A stretch of DNA of 64,000 nt, from assembly GCF_009914755.1 (NCBI RefSeq), contig NC_060930.1. One strand, written 5' to 3'. This document shows positions 28,994-42,700 of this stretch, in pieces. The notes under the pieces were generated by a model, which saw nothing but the letters and a program-made list of their open reading frames with translations, was not told the origin of the DNA and made no database searches. Position 1 is the first letter of the stretch. Each line of letters opens with the position of its first letter. The stretch comes from the human T2T-CHM13v2.0 reference genome, Homo sapiens. Made by a program: the position numbers and the translations under genes.

Positions 28994-29591
28994 CCATATC
29001 AGGAAAAATTGTAACTTTATAGTGGGAAACTCGGATAGACACTACCCCAGCCATGTAATCAAGCCTTACGTCATCAGTCGGTGATAAGTTACATTTATAG
29101 TAAATAGCCTTGGTATGATGTGATGAGAATTGCACTTTAGTTCTGCAATCTTCCTGAGAACATGGCTCCAACCTAATTATGAATAAAACACCAGACAAAC
29201 CCAAATTTAAGGACATTCTACAAAAAAAAAAAAACCTAAACAGTACACCTCAAAACTATCCAGATCATCAAAAATAAGAAAAGTCTGAGAAATGGTCACA
29301 GTCTAGAGGAGCTTAAAGTGACATGATAACTATATGTAAAGTAATATCCTGGATGGGATTCTGGAACAGAATAATGATACTAGGCAAAAGGTTTAAAAAT
29401 ATGAAAAGAAATATTTACTTTAGTGAATAACAACATATCAACATTTGTTCCTTCGTGGCATATGAATCATAATAATATAAGATGTGAACAATAGGGGTTC
29501 TTGAGTACAGAGTATTCAGGAACACTCCCTCCTATCTTTTTAACTTTTCTGTAAATCTAAAAACATTCTAAAATTAAAACTTTATTAAAAA
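28994..29591 (+). mobile_element. L1MC3-like 3'UTR insertion
   Basis: taactttatagtgggaaac..gacattctacaaaa..cctggatgggattctggaacaga; candidate TSD taaaagtta. Confidence 0.7.
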
Positions 29592-29882
29592 TAAAAGTTA
29601 GCAAATGAGCCATTTATTTAATTCCAAATATCTACAAAGAGAAAGCATATATCTACAGAAAACATTGTATGTAAATGTTCATAGCATCTTTATTTCGAAT
29701 AGCCAAAACCTAAAAACAAACCAAATATCCATCAAAAGGTGAATTATAAAAAGTATTGTGTTATGCCTTTACAATGGACTACTACTCAGTAATGTAAAGG
29801 AATGAAACATCCATGTATGCCACAAGATAGACAAAACTTGAAATAAGTACACTGTGTGAAAGAAACCAGACTCTTTACCCCT

Positions 29883-30213
29883 TGATTTAGTTCATTTTGT
29901 GCTATAATTACAAACTACCTGAGACTGTGTAATTTATAAAGAACAGAAATTTATTTCTCATAGTTCTGAAGGCTGGGTAGCCCAAGATCAAGGTGGTAGC
30001 ATCTCATGAGAGCCCTCTTGCTGCTTCCTCGCATAGCAGAAGGTAGAAGGGCAATCACACTGAATGCTACTATAAAGCCTTTTTTATAAGAAACACAATC
30101 TCTTTCGTGAGGGAGGAGCCCTGATGGCCAAATTACCTTTTAAATGCTACACATCTTAATATTATCACATCGACAACAATTGAATTTCAGAGGGGACACA
30201 TTCAAACCATAGC
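29883..30213 (-). mobile_element. MST (MSTC/D-like) MaLR LTR
   Basis: gagactgtgtaatttataaagaacagaaatttatttctcatagttctg..ggggacacattcaaaccatagc. Confidence 0.85.
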
Positions 30214-30429
30214 TACTCTCAAAAAAGAAATGCATATTCAATAATTCCATTATTAACATTCTAGAAATTTGAGGTAATCTATAATGACCTAAAGCAAATT
30301 ATTATTTAGGTTGGATGAGGAATGAAGGATATATTACTCAGGGGTGCAATGAAGTTTTCAGGGTGATGCAAATGCTTTTTCCATTTATGGTAGTAATGAT
30401 TTGATGGGTATCAAGGTCATATAATGCTT

Positions 30430-30950
30430 CTCCATTTCACTTAGAGTAAAAATAATTATCTTTACAATGACCTACCTGGTGGATTAATCTAAATCTCTCA
30501 CTACTTATCTGATCTCCTCTCCCACTATTCTCTCCTTCACTCATTATATCCCAGCTACACTGGCCTTCTAGCTCACCTCAAAAACCTCATATTTTTTGCT
30601 CTAATTATCTGCTCTATCTGGACTACTCTTCCTCCAGATAGATTTTCCAAGTCTTTGTTCAAATCTTATATTCTCAATGAAATCTGCCCAGATTATTTAA
30701 TAAAACAAACACCCACAAAGCTACCATGCCCAATATCTCTTGCCCTACTCTAATTTTTCTTTTCTATAACATTTTTAATCGTTTTATAAACTTTCTCATT
30801 TTATTTATTATACTTATTGTTCGTTGTCTTGCTGATGCTGGAATGTAAGCTCCTTAGGCATAGGAATTTTGTCTTTTTTTCCCCCAAGTATACAGAACAG
30901 TGCCTGCCTCAAAATAGGTAATCAATAAATACTTAATTGAATGACTAACT
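30430..30950 (+). mobile_element. L2 (L2a-like) 3' end
   Basis: ccagctacactggccttc..gaatgtaagctcc..agaacagtgcctg..caataaatac..tgaatga. Confidence 0.8.
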
Positions 30951-31144
30951 TAATAAATAAATAAATTAGCATTAAAATAACACCCAGTTTTGTTTTTTAA
31001 AAATACTATGTACTATATTCTCACTTCAGTTAAGTAACATGATAAATAGAGGATATCAGAATGTTTTCTTCACCATGAACTTATAAGAAATTAAGTTTGC
31101 TATTGGTATGGCCAATTTTAATGTAAACTACACTATTTGATTAC

Positions 31145-31378
31145 CCAACACAATGCCATTCATAGGGATGCCACCTCAAATTGTGTAAGAAAAGGAAAAA
31201 AAAAATCACCACCATGCTGTTCTATCATTTGTAGACTAATTGTCTTTGAACTTTTCCAAAATTTGTCAGATTGGCAAAATGGGTGATTCTTTTAAGTCAA
31301 GGACTGAAGTAAGAAATTGCTAAGTACTAGTTTGAACATCTGAAATAACCAATATAACTTCAAAACTGTTTTCATTAC
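31145..31378 (-). pseudogene. Fossil exon, PLAT domain
   Basis: Strong acceptor ttttatgctacttctttcag|. NSFEVILVISDVQTST (cf. TYEVVVVTSDV..GT), NFGKVQR, FLTQFEV. Confidence 0.68.
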
Positions 31379-31975
31379 CTGAAAGAAGTAGCATAAAATA
31401 AGAAAACCCACTGACCTCTTAAACAATTATATGACCATTTTATCAATACAAATACAATACTAAAATCTAAATTCCCTCAGTGAGAACTATAGAAATTAAA
31501 TAAAAAGTGTGTTTTCATGACAGTGAGAAGTTGTTCTCAGTGCTTTCACAAGTACATTTAGAAGAAAGAATGACAGCAGAACACAGTACAATTCACTCTA
31601 AAATTCTACACTAATTCAATATATAATTATTACAAATGTTTAAATATTCCACTTTTGAACTAACAGACATAATTAAAAGTTATGAGACTGAATGTCATAC
31701 TGTTCTCTACTGTCATTTCATATTTTATGTTTTTATATGCAATTCTTAAAACTGCTTTAAAAGTCATAGAACTATGAAGGCATTATAATCACTTCATAAT
31801 TTAGGTTGCTATCACTGGAGACTCTAGGGTGCAAATGTTTCTTTCAAGGTTTTATGCCATAAATATAAATTGTATCTGTACTTCTTTCTGACCTGCGTAG
31901 TACTTACATGAAGCTGTACATACATTTGACATTCAATAAATATTTATTAAATAATGAATGAATAATGTTAGTTAC

Positions 31976-32376
31976 CTTGACATGTACCTGAATTTCTTAA
32001 CCTCAATGACACCTCACATGAATTTTTGAAGAAGTGAGATTTTTCAAATAGCTGCCCCTAAGGGCTTATTGCTTTACAACTGTTCTATCTCAGCTCTTAT
32101 TCCCATCAGCACACTGATTAACCCCATTAACACTTCAACCATCCTTTTGCCCAGGTTGTATTTCTCTTTTATCAAACATATAAAGGCAATTACAGTAAAT
32201 GGCTCCATCCATTTATATCAATGATTTTACACACTCTTCAGCCCATATTGAATAAAATACCATCTCAATATTTAAGCTTTCAATAAATTTTAGAACAAAT
32301 AGGCTTACTGTAACTTAAAAGTAGGAGCAAAATCTCCTGACATTTAATCATATGGTCTTCAATTCAAGGTATTTTT
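31976..32376 (-). pseudogene. Fossil exon(s), end of one PLAT and most of the next
   Basis: Donor AAG|gtaact. IIDING..REIQPGQKDG*SVNGVN / LMGIRAEI (cf. FQPGQTDTFTVEAVD..LxxIRI). Confidence 0.62.
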
Positions 32377-32417
32377 CCTAAGAATATGAGTTGTAAAAAT
32401 GATAAACATTGCTTAGT

Positions 32418-32859
32418 GTACTAGATTGAATATTATCTACCAAAAATTTTATGTCCTTCCTGGAATCTCAGAATGCTACCTTATTTGAAGATAGGGTCAT
32501 TGCAGATATAATTAATTAACTTACATGAAGTCATACTGAAATAAGGTAGGCCCTTAATCCATTACGACTGCTATCCTTCTAAAAAAGGAAAAAGAGACAC
32601 ACAAGGAAGACAACCAAGTGAAGACAGAGTTTGGAATGATACAGCTACAAGCCAAGGAAAGGCTATGATTGCCTGCAACCACCAGAAGCTAGGAGAAAGG
32701 GGAAAAAGACTTCTCCCCTAAAGCCTTCAGAAAGAGCATGGCCCTGTCAACATCTACATTTTGAACTTCTAGTCTCCAGAACCATAAGAGAATCAATTAC
32801 TGTTGTTTTAAGCCAATTTGTGTGATACTGTGTTAGGACAGCCACAGGAAACAAATACA
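32418..32859 (+). mobile_element. MLT1C-like MaLR LTR
   Basis: cttatttgaagatagggtcattgcagatataatta..caagccaaggaa..accaccagaagctagg..cagccacaggaaacaaataca. Confidence 0.88.
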
Positions 32860-32915
32860 CTTTGAATTTTTCAGGATTCTGGTGCTAATAATCATTCATT
32901 AATGAGTGAATTTAC

Positions 32916-33099
32916 CTATGATTGTTAAATCAATGAAAAATTGATGTATTAAAATATTTATGGACTTTCCTGAACGCTTGATCTAATATACTCCCTTTGT
33001 AAAGCTTGTATAAAGTCTCAAGCAATTCTGTCCACAGAAACATTTTCATTTTGTTTATGATCTCGAACTACTATCCTTCTTGTGCAATAGAACTTAAGT
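32916..33099 (-). pseudogene. Fossil exon, PLAT middle
   Basis: Acceptor cttttcttaatacctaaag|, donor TAG|gtaaat. FEIINKMKMFLWTELLETLYKL (cf. FERGKVDVF..DLGxLYKL). Confidence 0.6.
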
Positions 33100-33192
33100 C
33101 TTTAGGTATTAAGAAAAGCTTAAACTGGAAATTTATAATGTATTAGATACACTCTTTTGTATTTTCATACAGTTTTTTTATTTGTCACTTAC

Positions 33193-33310
33193 CTTTGCCT
33201 TAAGTGTGCTTTTCTTTTCCTCTGGCAGCATAAAATACATATCACAGATTGATGTTTATATCTAATAAAAAATCACATTTCCCGTATTACAATTATCTCT
33301 ACATTGCTTA
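33193..33310 (-). pseudogene. Fossil exon, PLAT start
   Basis: Consensus donor AAG|gtaagt followed by a 93-nt intron. VEIIV/NTGNV..CDMYFMLPEEKKST (cf. YEIIVxTGDV..ANVYLTLYGEKGDT). Confidence 0.7.
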
Positions 33311-33978
33311 TATGAATATAAGTGTCAGAGTTTTAAAAACCAGTTACTTGATGTAAACAAATATATAAACAACAGGAATATGTTTAACTATTTCCAGTTC
33401 CCTATAACTTTAAAATATAAATGTTTACTGTACTGTTGAAGACATATTTTTTACTTATACACATATTGTTTCGTTAGGTGTAATAAATATGCCTTAGCAA
33501 GTTGTGGTCAGTATTTGAGTAGCCATAAGAAGTGTGAACATGTCCTTTTAAATATGTAATCAGTAGTGGATGATTTAGGAGATAAAGTCCATGAGTTAAA
33601 AAAAACTTAGCAATTGAAGAAGAGGTGATCCTGGTCCTTAAAGGATAACATGTAAAGTGCTTTGTAAAATGTGCAATAAAATTTATCTCAATTAAATAGT
33701 TCCCCTTTTGCTTTAAATAATCCCTGGATTAACTCGTCTTGAATAATCATCATGTTTGTTTAGATAAGATACAACTTTACAGTTTATACTTTGTCAACAA
33801 TAAAAATATACCAAGCCATTATTATAAAGTGAAAAATTCCAGATAACATTTTTACAACTTTGAGAGAATTATACTCATATAAGTTTGATTTCCAAAAAAG
33901 TTTTAATAGAACATTTATGTATATGTTTACTTCAATACCATAGAAATTAAGACTTAATTATTACATGGTTAGATTCAC

Positions 33979-34023
33979 CTTGCATTGTAGTCTCACTGTT
34001 ACAAACTTTTTATGTTTCACAAA
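33979..34023 (-). pseudogene. Candidate 45-nt frame-preserving linker exon
   Basis: Acceptor aattctctttcag|, donor AAG|gtgaat; no domain motif. Confidence 0.35.
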
Positions 34024-34512
34024 CTGAAAGAGAATTGACTATTTTTTAAGAGGTTGATATTCCTCCAAGGGAAAAGTAGTGTCTAGAACAAGCCGATTTT
34101 TATACATTAGGCTCTAGTCATTAATCTCCTACAAAGCCGACTTTTAACAGTTCTCATTAGATTTCTTCTCCACCCCATGGACATGATGACTTGCAAAGGT
34201 CAAATTGAATCACAAGCCCTGGCCCACAGAGTTTCATCAGATTCTGCTTCTTTACTGTCATAACAGTATATTTCCCAACTAATTAGGTCTCTGCTGTGCT
34301 TCCTATTTTTAATTCATGAGTGATACTCAGCTTTGCTTTGGAAAGTTATACCTCTTTTCCGTGATCAATGCCTCCCCCTCTCTCTATAGGTACAGTTATA
34401 TTACCTCTAGTGGCTGATCTGGGCCCCTCCCTGCTTCTCTGACCTCCTAATGTCAACTCTATGATGAGATATTCACATGCTCTCATCATATACTTTAAAT
34501 ATCAGTGTGTAC

Positions 34513-34802
34513 CTGTCAGTCTAAACTTCCCTGCCATTGGACTAATGATGTCCCCACCCAAGGCATACTTATCAGAGCATGTCCAGTGCAACCTCATTGC
34601 AAGATCCCAAGTTTCTGATATAGTAATACTTGTAATGGCAAAAACTGCAATACTTTTGCACCAACCTCATATATCTACTATGTCAAAAACTTAGTGAAAC
34701 AACAACTTCTTGATAATATAGTGTTTCTAGAAATGCCTGTTATAGGTATTAACAATATCCAAACCAACAATATGTCAAAAATTACTACTCTCTGTTAGCT
34801 AC
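34513..34802 (-). pseudogene. Fossil exon, PLAT C-terminal two-thirds, interrupted by MADE1
   Basis: Acceptor ctatttcag|, donor CAG|gtacac. HYIIKKLLFH*..[MADE1]..SITISETWDLAMRLHWTCSDKYA. Confidence 0.55.
34633..34671. mobile_element. MADE1 (Hsmar1-derived MITE) half element
   Basis: taatggcaaaaactgcaatacttttgcaccaacctcata matches the MADE1 TIR ending in TA. Confidence 0.85.
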
Positions 34803-35184
34803 CTGAAATAGTTGTCTTGAGAGTGAGACTACTAAGTGGATTAAGGACTCTATCAAGTTGTTAAGCTTCTTAATTCTGCATGGAAAATAAGAAATTGAGA
34901 ATTATATAAAGTTTTTAAACAGATGAGTGATGTGCCAGAATTTACGATTAAGAAAGTTTCTATGGATGTAGTGAAAATGGTGAAATAGAATAGAAGTTAT
35001 TGCATGGGAACCTAGACAATCTAGATTCTGGGCAAAACTTAATTCCTAAGGCTGTGAACAAGATCAACGCAGACTGTTTAACAGAGAATCTTGGGTAAAA
35101 GAATGCCTATCACTCTGGATTCCAGATATGAGGGAAGAATTTAATTTTGAACTTCCTGAATGTGTTTGGGAAGTTAATAGTTTC

Positions 35185-35940
35185 TGCAGGGGTCTGTCCT
35201 ACATACCCTGACCCAACGACAGATGAATAACATACACTGACATACAGATACTCTGCTTTGCCAGTCCGGCTGAGCGTCCGGGCCATTTACAGACTCCAAG
35301 CAGAGTGCTGTAAACAGTTGTGACTGTGGTCCCCACCAGCCAGTGAGACTTGCATTTATTCAGTAAAGATTAATTGACAAAGGCTTGAGTCAACACCACT
35401 AGAGGGTAATTGACACTGCGAACTTCCTGAGTAGAAAGCAATTAAGTGGCCGGGCACAGTGGCTCACGCCTGTATTCCCAGTAATTTGGGAGGCCAAGGC
35501 GGGCGGATGACAAGGTCAGGAGTTCGAGACCATCGTGCCTAACACGGTGAAACCCCATCTCTACTAAAAATACAAAAAAATTAGCCAGGCATGGTGGCAG
35601 GCACCTGTAGTCCCAGCTACTCGGAGGCTGAGGCAGGATAATGAAGTGAATCCAGGAGGCGGAGCTTCCAGTGAGCCGAGAGTGCACCACTGCACTCCAG
35701 CGTGGGCGACAGCGTGAGACTCCACCTCAAAAAAAAAAAAAAAGCACCCACGGTAGAACAAAGGTTGTAGTTAGATAAACTCCCCACATTCCTTTGTTTT
35801 TACTCTAATTTATTTAACTAAAGGGGCAAGGCTGCCTTCAGCCAAGTACAGTATGTAACAAAATGCCAGGCCTTCCAAAAGAGTTTGTGTATATTCTCTA
35901 TAACTAAAATTTTTCCCACCAGCCTTACTGAACTCCCACA
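35185..35940 (-). mobile_element. Solo LTR22 (HERV-K HML-5) containing an Alu
   Basis: TG..CA termini; minus-strand start tgtgggagttcagtaaggctggtgggaaaa. 6-bp TSD agtttc at 35179-35184 and 35941-35946. Confidence 0.85.
35448..35743 (+). mobile_element. AluY-like inserted in LTR22
   Basis: Full Alu with ctaacacggt and ggagctt diagnostics, poly-A. Confidence 0.93.
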
Positions 35941-36149
35941 AGTTTCCTTGCCTGGATTAAAATGAATTTACAAGGAGGAATGTGGCAGAATCTGAAATGG
36001 GATTAGTCACTGGGTTCAGTTCTAAGAAGAGAGAGCTGATAAAAGCAAAGGAAACCAGGCAGAGGTGGACAAACTTTATAATTAAATTTAGGAAAATATA
36101 AAAGGAGAAGAAGGTTTAAGGGTGAGGAGTAAGAATGGAAGTAGGTTAT

Positions 36150-36510
36150 AAAACAATTGTTTTTGGATTATGTCGAGTTTTCAATATTGTGAACTGTCAG
36201 GTAAAGGGATAGTGGAAAATTGGTAAGGTGAATATAGAAACCTGGAGAAAATTGTGAGTTAGTTGCAATGGTATCACTAAATACAACAGAGAAGAGAATT
36301 TCAACCTGAAGAAACAGGCCTTAGCTCATGAGTTGGAAGCATTAAATAAAATGATAAATTGAAGGCTGAAAATAAGCCATTGATTTGGAATTAAGAAGTC
36401 ATTGTCACGTGATCTTTATGAATGCTGTTTCAATAGTGTGATGGGGTAGATAGTAGACTGCATTGAATAATAGGAAATGAATGTAGTTTACTCATTTAAG
36501 TAGTTGGGCA
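36150..36510 (-). mobile_element. L2 fragments
   Basis: gccattgatttgg..aagtcattg..gctgtttcaatagtgtgatgggg. Confidence 0.55.
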
Positions 36511-37104
36511 ATGAATAAAAAAAATAGTTTTACACCTTATTGCCAATAAAAGTTTACATGTTTTTAAAAACTTATTTATATACTTGAGAAACTCAAGTAG
36601 GTTAATGACTATATTTTTAATAAGTGAAAAAGAGAAACCACAGGTAAGAACTGTGATGGGAGAGGTTTTAAATGTAGAAACAGAGAAAATCAGGAATACA
36701 CATGATACCTATGTATTATTGATGAGACTTTAAATTGGTACAACTTTTCAAAAAATAATTTATCAATATTTTTAATTTTTTAAGAATCAGAAATAATTTC
36801 TTATCCTATATAGAAATAATTTAATGTATATGGTTCTACACTAAATAAATCATATTATATAATTTCTATGACTCTTTTAAATATATAATCAGATATGTAA
36901 AATAACATATATACAAGAATGTTTGTACAATTGTATTGTAAATGCTAGTAAACTGGCACAACTTAAAAATCTCTAAATAATTACATAATGAAATAAGTAT
37001 ATGTGCATATGCTGCAATGTTATGGGATCAGAAAACTCTTGCTTTTGGAAAATATGTAATAATATGGAATACATTGTCAGTACATAATTATTTTTTTAAG
37101 TGGA

Positions 37105-37527
37105 ATGATATGCTAACTGAAACAAGCCAGGCACAGAAAGGCTGCACGATCTCACTTATGTGTAGAATCAGAAAAAGTTGAATTCATAAATGTAGACAGG
37201 AATGGTGGTGACCAGAGGTTAGGGTGAGGGTGGGAGTGGTAGGGAATAATGAGATATTGGTCAAAAGGTACAAAGTTAAAGTTAGGAGGAATAATTTCTG
37301 TTGATCTATTATTGCACAGCATGGTGACTATAGTTAATAATGTATCACATACTTCAAAATTGCTAAGAGTACATTTTAAATGTTTTTACCACAAAAATTA
37401 TAAATATCTGAGGTAATGTATATATTAATTAGCTTGAGTTAATAATTTTACATTGTATATAAGTATCAAAATATCATATTGTACCCCATAGATACATAAA
37501 ATTATAATTTGTCAAGTAAAAGTAAAA
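37105..37527 (+). mobile_element. L1MA7/8-like 3' end
   Basis: aagccaggcacagaaag..cacagcatggtgactatagttaataat..aaaattgctaagagt..tgtaccccata. Confidence 0.85.
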
Positions 37528-37775
37528 CTAAATTTTTAAAAAGAGGTTACAGATTTTTAAAAGGGTTGTTTCTGAAATTTTGTAAAATGGAAATACTTAG
37601 AGTAATGATAACTATGTAGATAATTCACAAATGAAAAAATGATTAAAAAAAGCAATCAGAATTTTTACACAAGATCAACATGAGTATGATAAGTGAATCA
37701 GATGTGCATTTTGATTTAAAAGAATTATTTTTGGTGCATCATGGATAGAACTTAGAGGAATATAAAAATACTCTT

Positions 37776-38099
<324 letters not shown>

Positions 38100-38299
38100 C
38101 TATTAAATGAATACTGGAGGTTGCTGGGATTGTTGTACTGATGGTGACAGTGTCTCTCTTGAATAACAAAAAGGACACTGAAGCTAGTAGTGTTTGCTTA
38201 TTACTATGCTCTACAAGTTATTTTTTGATGTTTCTTACTTAAGCACTCAACAGGAGGCAGAAATGTTCACACATTCTGTGTGACTATATTACCTTAAGA

Positions 38300-39660
38300 C
38301 AGGACCTCCCTATCTCTGGCTATTTCTTCTTCATCTCCTTCACTGGCTCCTTTACTACTACACCTATAAATATTGCAGTTCTTATGATCATAAATAAGTC
38401 TGCCTCTGGTTATTCCATACATTCTCTCTAGGTCAATAGAATAAAACATTTTTTACTGTGACCTACAGTAAAAAATCCATTCTATATTGTAACCTAGAAA
38501 AATACATACATGTATTTATGTATTATTGAGACAAAAGATTTGTGAAATACAATTTACCTTAATTGCATGCTTGTATTCTGTGTTATTTTGTTTTTCAAAA
38601 GGGAATTTTTGGTCTCTAAAAATTTATTCATGACCTGCAAAGAACTCTTTGCTCATTATAAGAAATCAGAATTTTAGGTCTTTTTACCCATTTTAATGTC
38701 TTCAGTTTTACCTATAAGCTGATTAAACACAAATTTGAATCCCTTGTAAAAAATCTCTCCTGAAAATGCAAGCTCATAAATTCTAGTATTTCATAACTCC
38801 TCTAGAAGGAATTACATACCCTTCATATTCAAAGTGACTGAAATTGAGCCTATGATATTTTCCTCCAAATCTGTTTCAATACCAGAAATCCCTGTCTCTG
38901 CAAGTCACTGGCGTCTACACACTGTGCAAGTCAAGCCCTGGGGGTTCATTCTTGTGGCATCTTTCTCACGCTTCTTTATATTCAGCCAATTGCCAGGTCA
39001 TGTCCATTCCATTTATTTAATATTCCTTGAAGGCACAGTCTTGACTTGATCTTCATTAATGATTATTTTGTCCCACATAAAAGTTTCTCTGGATTGCTGC
39101 TATAAATGATGTTCTTGCTTTTTAGCCTAGACCTCAGAAATATGTTTACCATACTACATTCAGATAGATTTTTTTAAAATCAAACATTTATAGTGCTGTA
39201 TCTTTATTTAAAAGTTTTTAAATAGTTCCATGAGTCAGTAGCAGAAGTTCTTTTCCACAGGGCTAATACCCTTTATGATCATATGCAGATTTGCCTCTCT
39301 TAACCAAAATATCAGCACTTAACTCTTTGATCTTGGATACTTTTTCCATATATACAGATATTGCAACTTTGAATAACTCAGACTTGAAATGCTATTCCTT
39401 TTATATCCTCAAATGCTCATCATTCAGGTTTAGGGTAAACATAACTCCCTCAAGAAAACTTAATCATGCCCTTTAAACTACGTAAGATGGTTTCATAAGT
39501 CCATCTTGAACTTAATTCTAACACAGAACTGAGTATACCAAATTTTAGTTACTCATTTACTTAACTGTTTCTTCATTCAAATATATGTTTGTTGATGAAA
39601 AGGACATGTTCTTGTTCATCAGTGAAATTTCAGGATATGACAATGAATGACTGCCATAAG
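38300..39660 (+). mobile_element. Long degraded L2 with a probable hAT-type MITE at ~38440-38640
   Basis: Pyrimidine-rich L2 motifs (ctccttcactggctcc; tctctggattgctgc; catttacttaactgtttc). Confidence 0.55.
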
Positions 39661-39714
39661 GGAAAAAAATTGTTAAAGGCTGGATGATAGTATGAGTTAT
39701 CAAAAATATTTCAG

Positions 39715-42700
39715 GTGGTTAATAGACCACCAAGGAAATTTAACCCAAATAAAATTACCTTGCGACATTTAATAATTAAAATGCCAGTGGTCAAGGATAA
39801 AGAAAGGATCCTAAAAGCAGCAAAAGAAAAGAAACAAATACTACACAATAGAACTCCACTGTGTCTGGCAGCAGACTTTTCAATGGAAACCTTACAGGCC
39901 AGGAAAGAGTGACATAAAATACTTAAAGTGAAGGGGAAAAAAATCTTTTACCCTAGAATAGTATATCCAGTGAAATTATCTTTAAAACATGATGGGGAAA
40001 TAAAGATTTTCTCAGACAAACAAAAGCTGATGGATTTCATTAACACCAGGCCTGTCCTACAAGAAAGGCTAAAGGGAATATTTTAATCTGAAAGAAAATG
40101 ATGTTAAAGAGCAGAAAAAAAAATCTGACAGTACAAAACTCACTGGTAATAGTAAATATGCAGAAAAAAACAGAATATTATAACACTCTAATTGTGGTGT
40201 GTAAACTACTCATATCTTGTGTAGAAAAACTAAAAGATAAGTGACCAAAGATAAATAACTACAACAACTTTTCAAGTCATGAACAGTAGAGTAAGATATA
40301 AATAGGAATGACAAGAAGTTAAAAATGCAGGGACAAGAAATTAAACTGTACAGTTTTAATTAGTTTTCTCTTTGCTTGTTTTCTTATGCAATCAGTGTTA
40401 AGTTGTCATTAGTTTAAAATAAGGAATTATATTATTTGCAAGCATCATGGTAACCTCATATTAAAAAATGTAGAAAAGATATACAAAAAAGAAAAAGCAA
40501 GAAATTAAAACATGCCACCAGAGAAAATCATATTCAATAAAAAGACAGGAAGGAAGGAAAAAAGGAAGAGAAGATCACAAAATAACCAGGAAACAAATAA
40601 CAAAATGGCAGCAATAAGTCTACTTTTCAATAATAAAGTTGAATGTAAATGGACTAAATTCTTCAATCAAAAAACATAGAAGGGCTGAATATATAGAAAA
40701 ACAAGAGTCAATGTTTTCTTGCCTAGAAGAAACACACTTCATCCATAAAGGCACACATGGATGGAAAATAAAGAGATGGAAAAAGATATACCATGCAAAT
40801 AGAAACCAAGAGAGAGTCAGAGTAGCTATATTTATATCAGAAAAAGTAGATTTCAAGACAAAAAAGTATAAGAAGAGACAAATAAGTTGGTTATATAATG
40901 ATAAAGTAGTAAATTCAGCAACAGGATACAACAATTATATATGCACCCAACCCTGGAGCAGCCAGATATATTAAGTAAATATTATTAAAACTGAAGAGTG
41001 AGACAGACCCCAACACAATGAAAGCTAGAGACTTCAACATTCCCCTCTCAACATTGGACAGATCATTCAGACAGAGAGTCAACAAAGAAATATCAAACTT
41101 AATCTGCACTATAGACTAAATGGGCCTAATAGATATTAAGAGAACATTTCATACAATGGCTGTAGAAAACACTTTCTTTTCCTCAGCACTTGGAAAATTC
41201 TCAAGGATAGACCATGTATTAGGCCACCAAAAAAGTCTTAAAAACTTCAAAACAGTTGAAATAATATCATGTATCATCTCGGATCACAATGGACTAAAAC
41301 TAGAAATCAATAACAAGAGGAACTTTGAAAACTATAACCAAAACAGCATGACACTGGTACCAAAACAGATATATAGACCAATGGAACAGAACAGGGGCCT
41401 CAGAAATAACACCACACATCTGAAACCATCTGATCTTTGACAAACCTGACAAAAACAAGCAATGGGGAAAGGATTTCCTATTTAATAAATGGTGTTGGGA
41501 AAACTGGCTAGCCATAAGCAGAAAACTGAAACTGGACCTCCTCCTTAACCTTATACAAAAATTAACTCAAAATGGATTAAAGACTTAAACGTAAGACCTA
41601 AAACCATAAAAATCCTGGAAGAAAATCTAGGCAATATCATTCAGGACATAGGCATGGGCAAAGACTTCACAACTAAAACACCAAAAGCAATGACAACCAA
41701 AGCCAAAATTGACAAATGGGATCTAATTAAACTAAAGAGCTTCTGCACAGCAAAAGAAACTATCATCAGGGGGAACAGGCAACCAACAGAATGGGAGAAA
41801 ATTTTGCAATTTATCCACCTGATAAAGGGCTAATATCCAGAATCTACAAAGAACTTAAACAAATTTACAAGAAAAAAACAACCTCATCAAAAAGTGGGCA
41901 AAGATATGGACAGACACTTCTCGGAAGAAGACATTTTTGCAGCCAACAAACATATGAAAAAATGACCATTATCACTGGTCATTAGAGAAATGCAAATCAA
42001 AACCACAATGAGATACCATCTCACACTGGTTAGAATGGTGATCATTAAAAAGTCAGGAAACAACAGATGCTGAAGAGGATGTGGAGAAATAGGAATGCTT
42101 TTACACTGTTGGTGGGAGTGTAAATTAGGTCAACCATTGTGGAAGACAGTGTGGCGATCCCTCAAGAATCCAGAAATAGAAATACCATTTGACCCAGCAA
42201 TCCCATTACTAAGTATATATACCCAAAGGACTTATAAATCATTCTGTTATAAAGACACGTGCACACATATGTTTATTGTGGCACTATTCACAATAGCAAA
42301 GACTTGGAACCAACCCAAATGTCCATCAATGATAGACTGGATAAAGTAAATGTGGCACATACACACTATGGAATACTATGCAGCCATAAAAAATGATGAG
42401 TTCATGTCCTTTGCAGGGACATGGGTGAAGCTGGAAACCATCATTCTCAGCAAACAATCACAGGAACAGAAAAGCAAACACCACATGTTCTCACTCATGG
42501 GTGGGAGTTGAACAATGAGAGCACATGGATGCAGGGACGGGACTGTCACACACCGGGGCCTGTCGGGGGGTGGGGGTTAGGGGAAAGATAGCATTGGGAG
42601 AAATACCTAATATAGGTGGCAGGTTGATGGGTGCAGCAAACCACCATAGCACGTGTATACCTATGTAACAAAACAGCACGTTCTGCACATGCACCCCAGA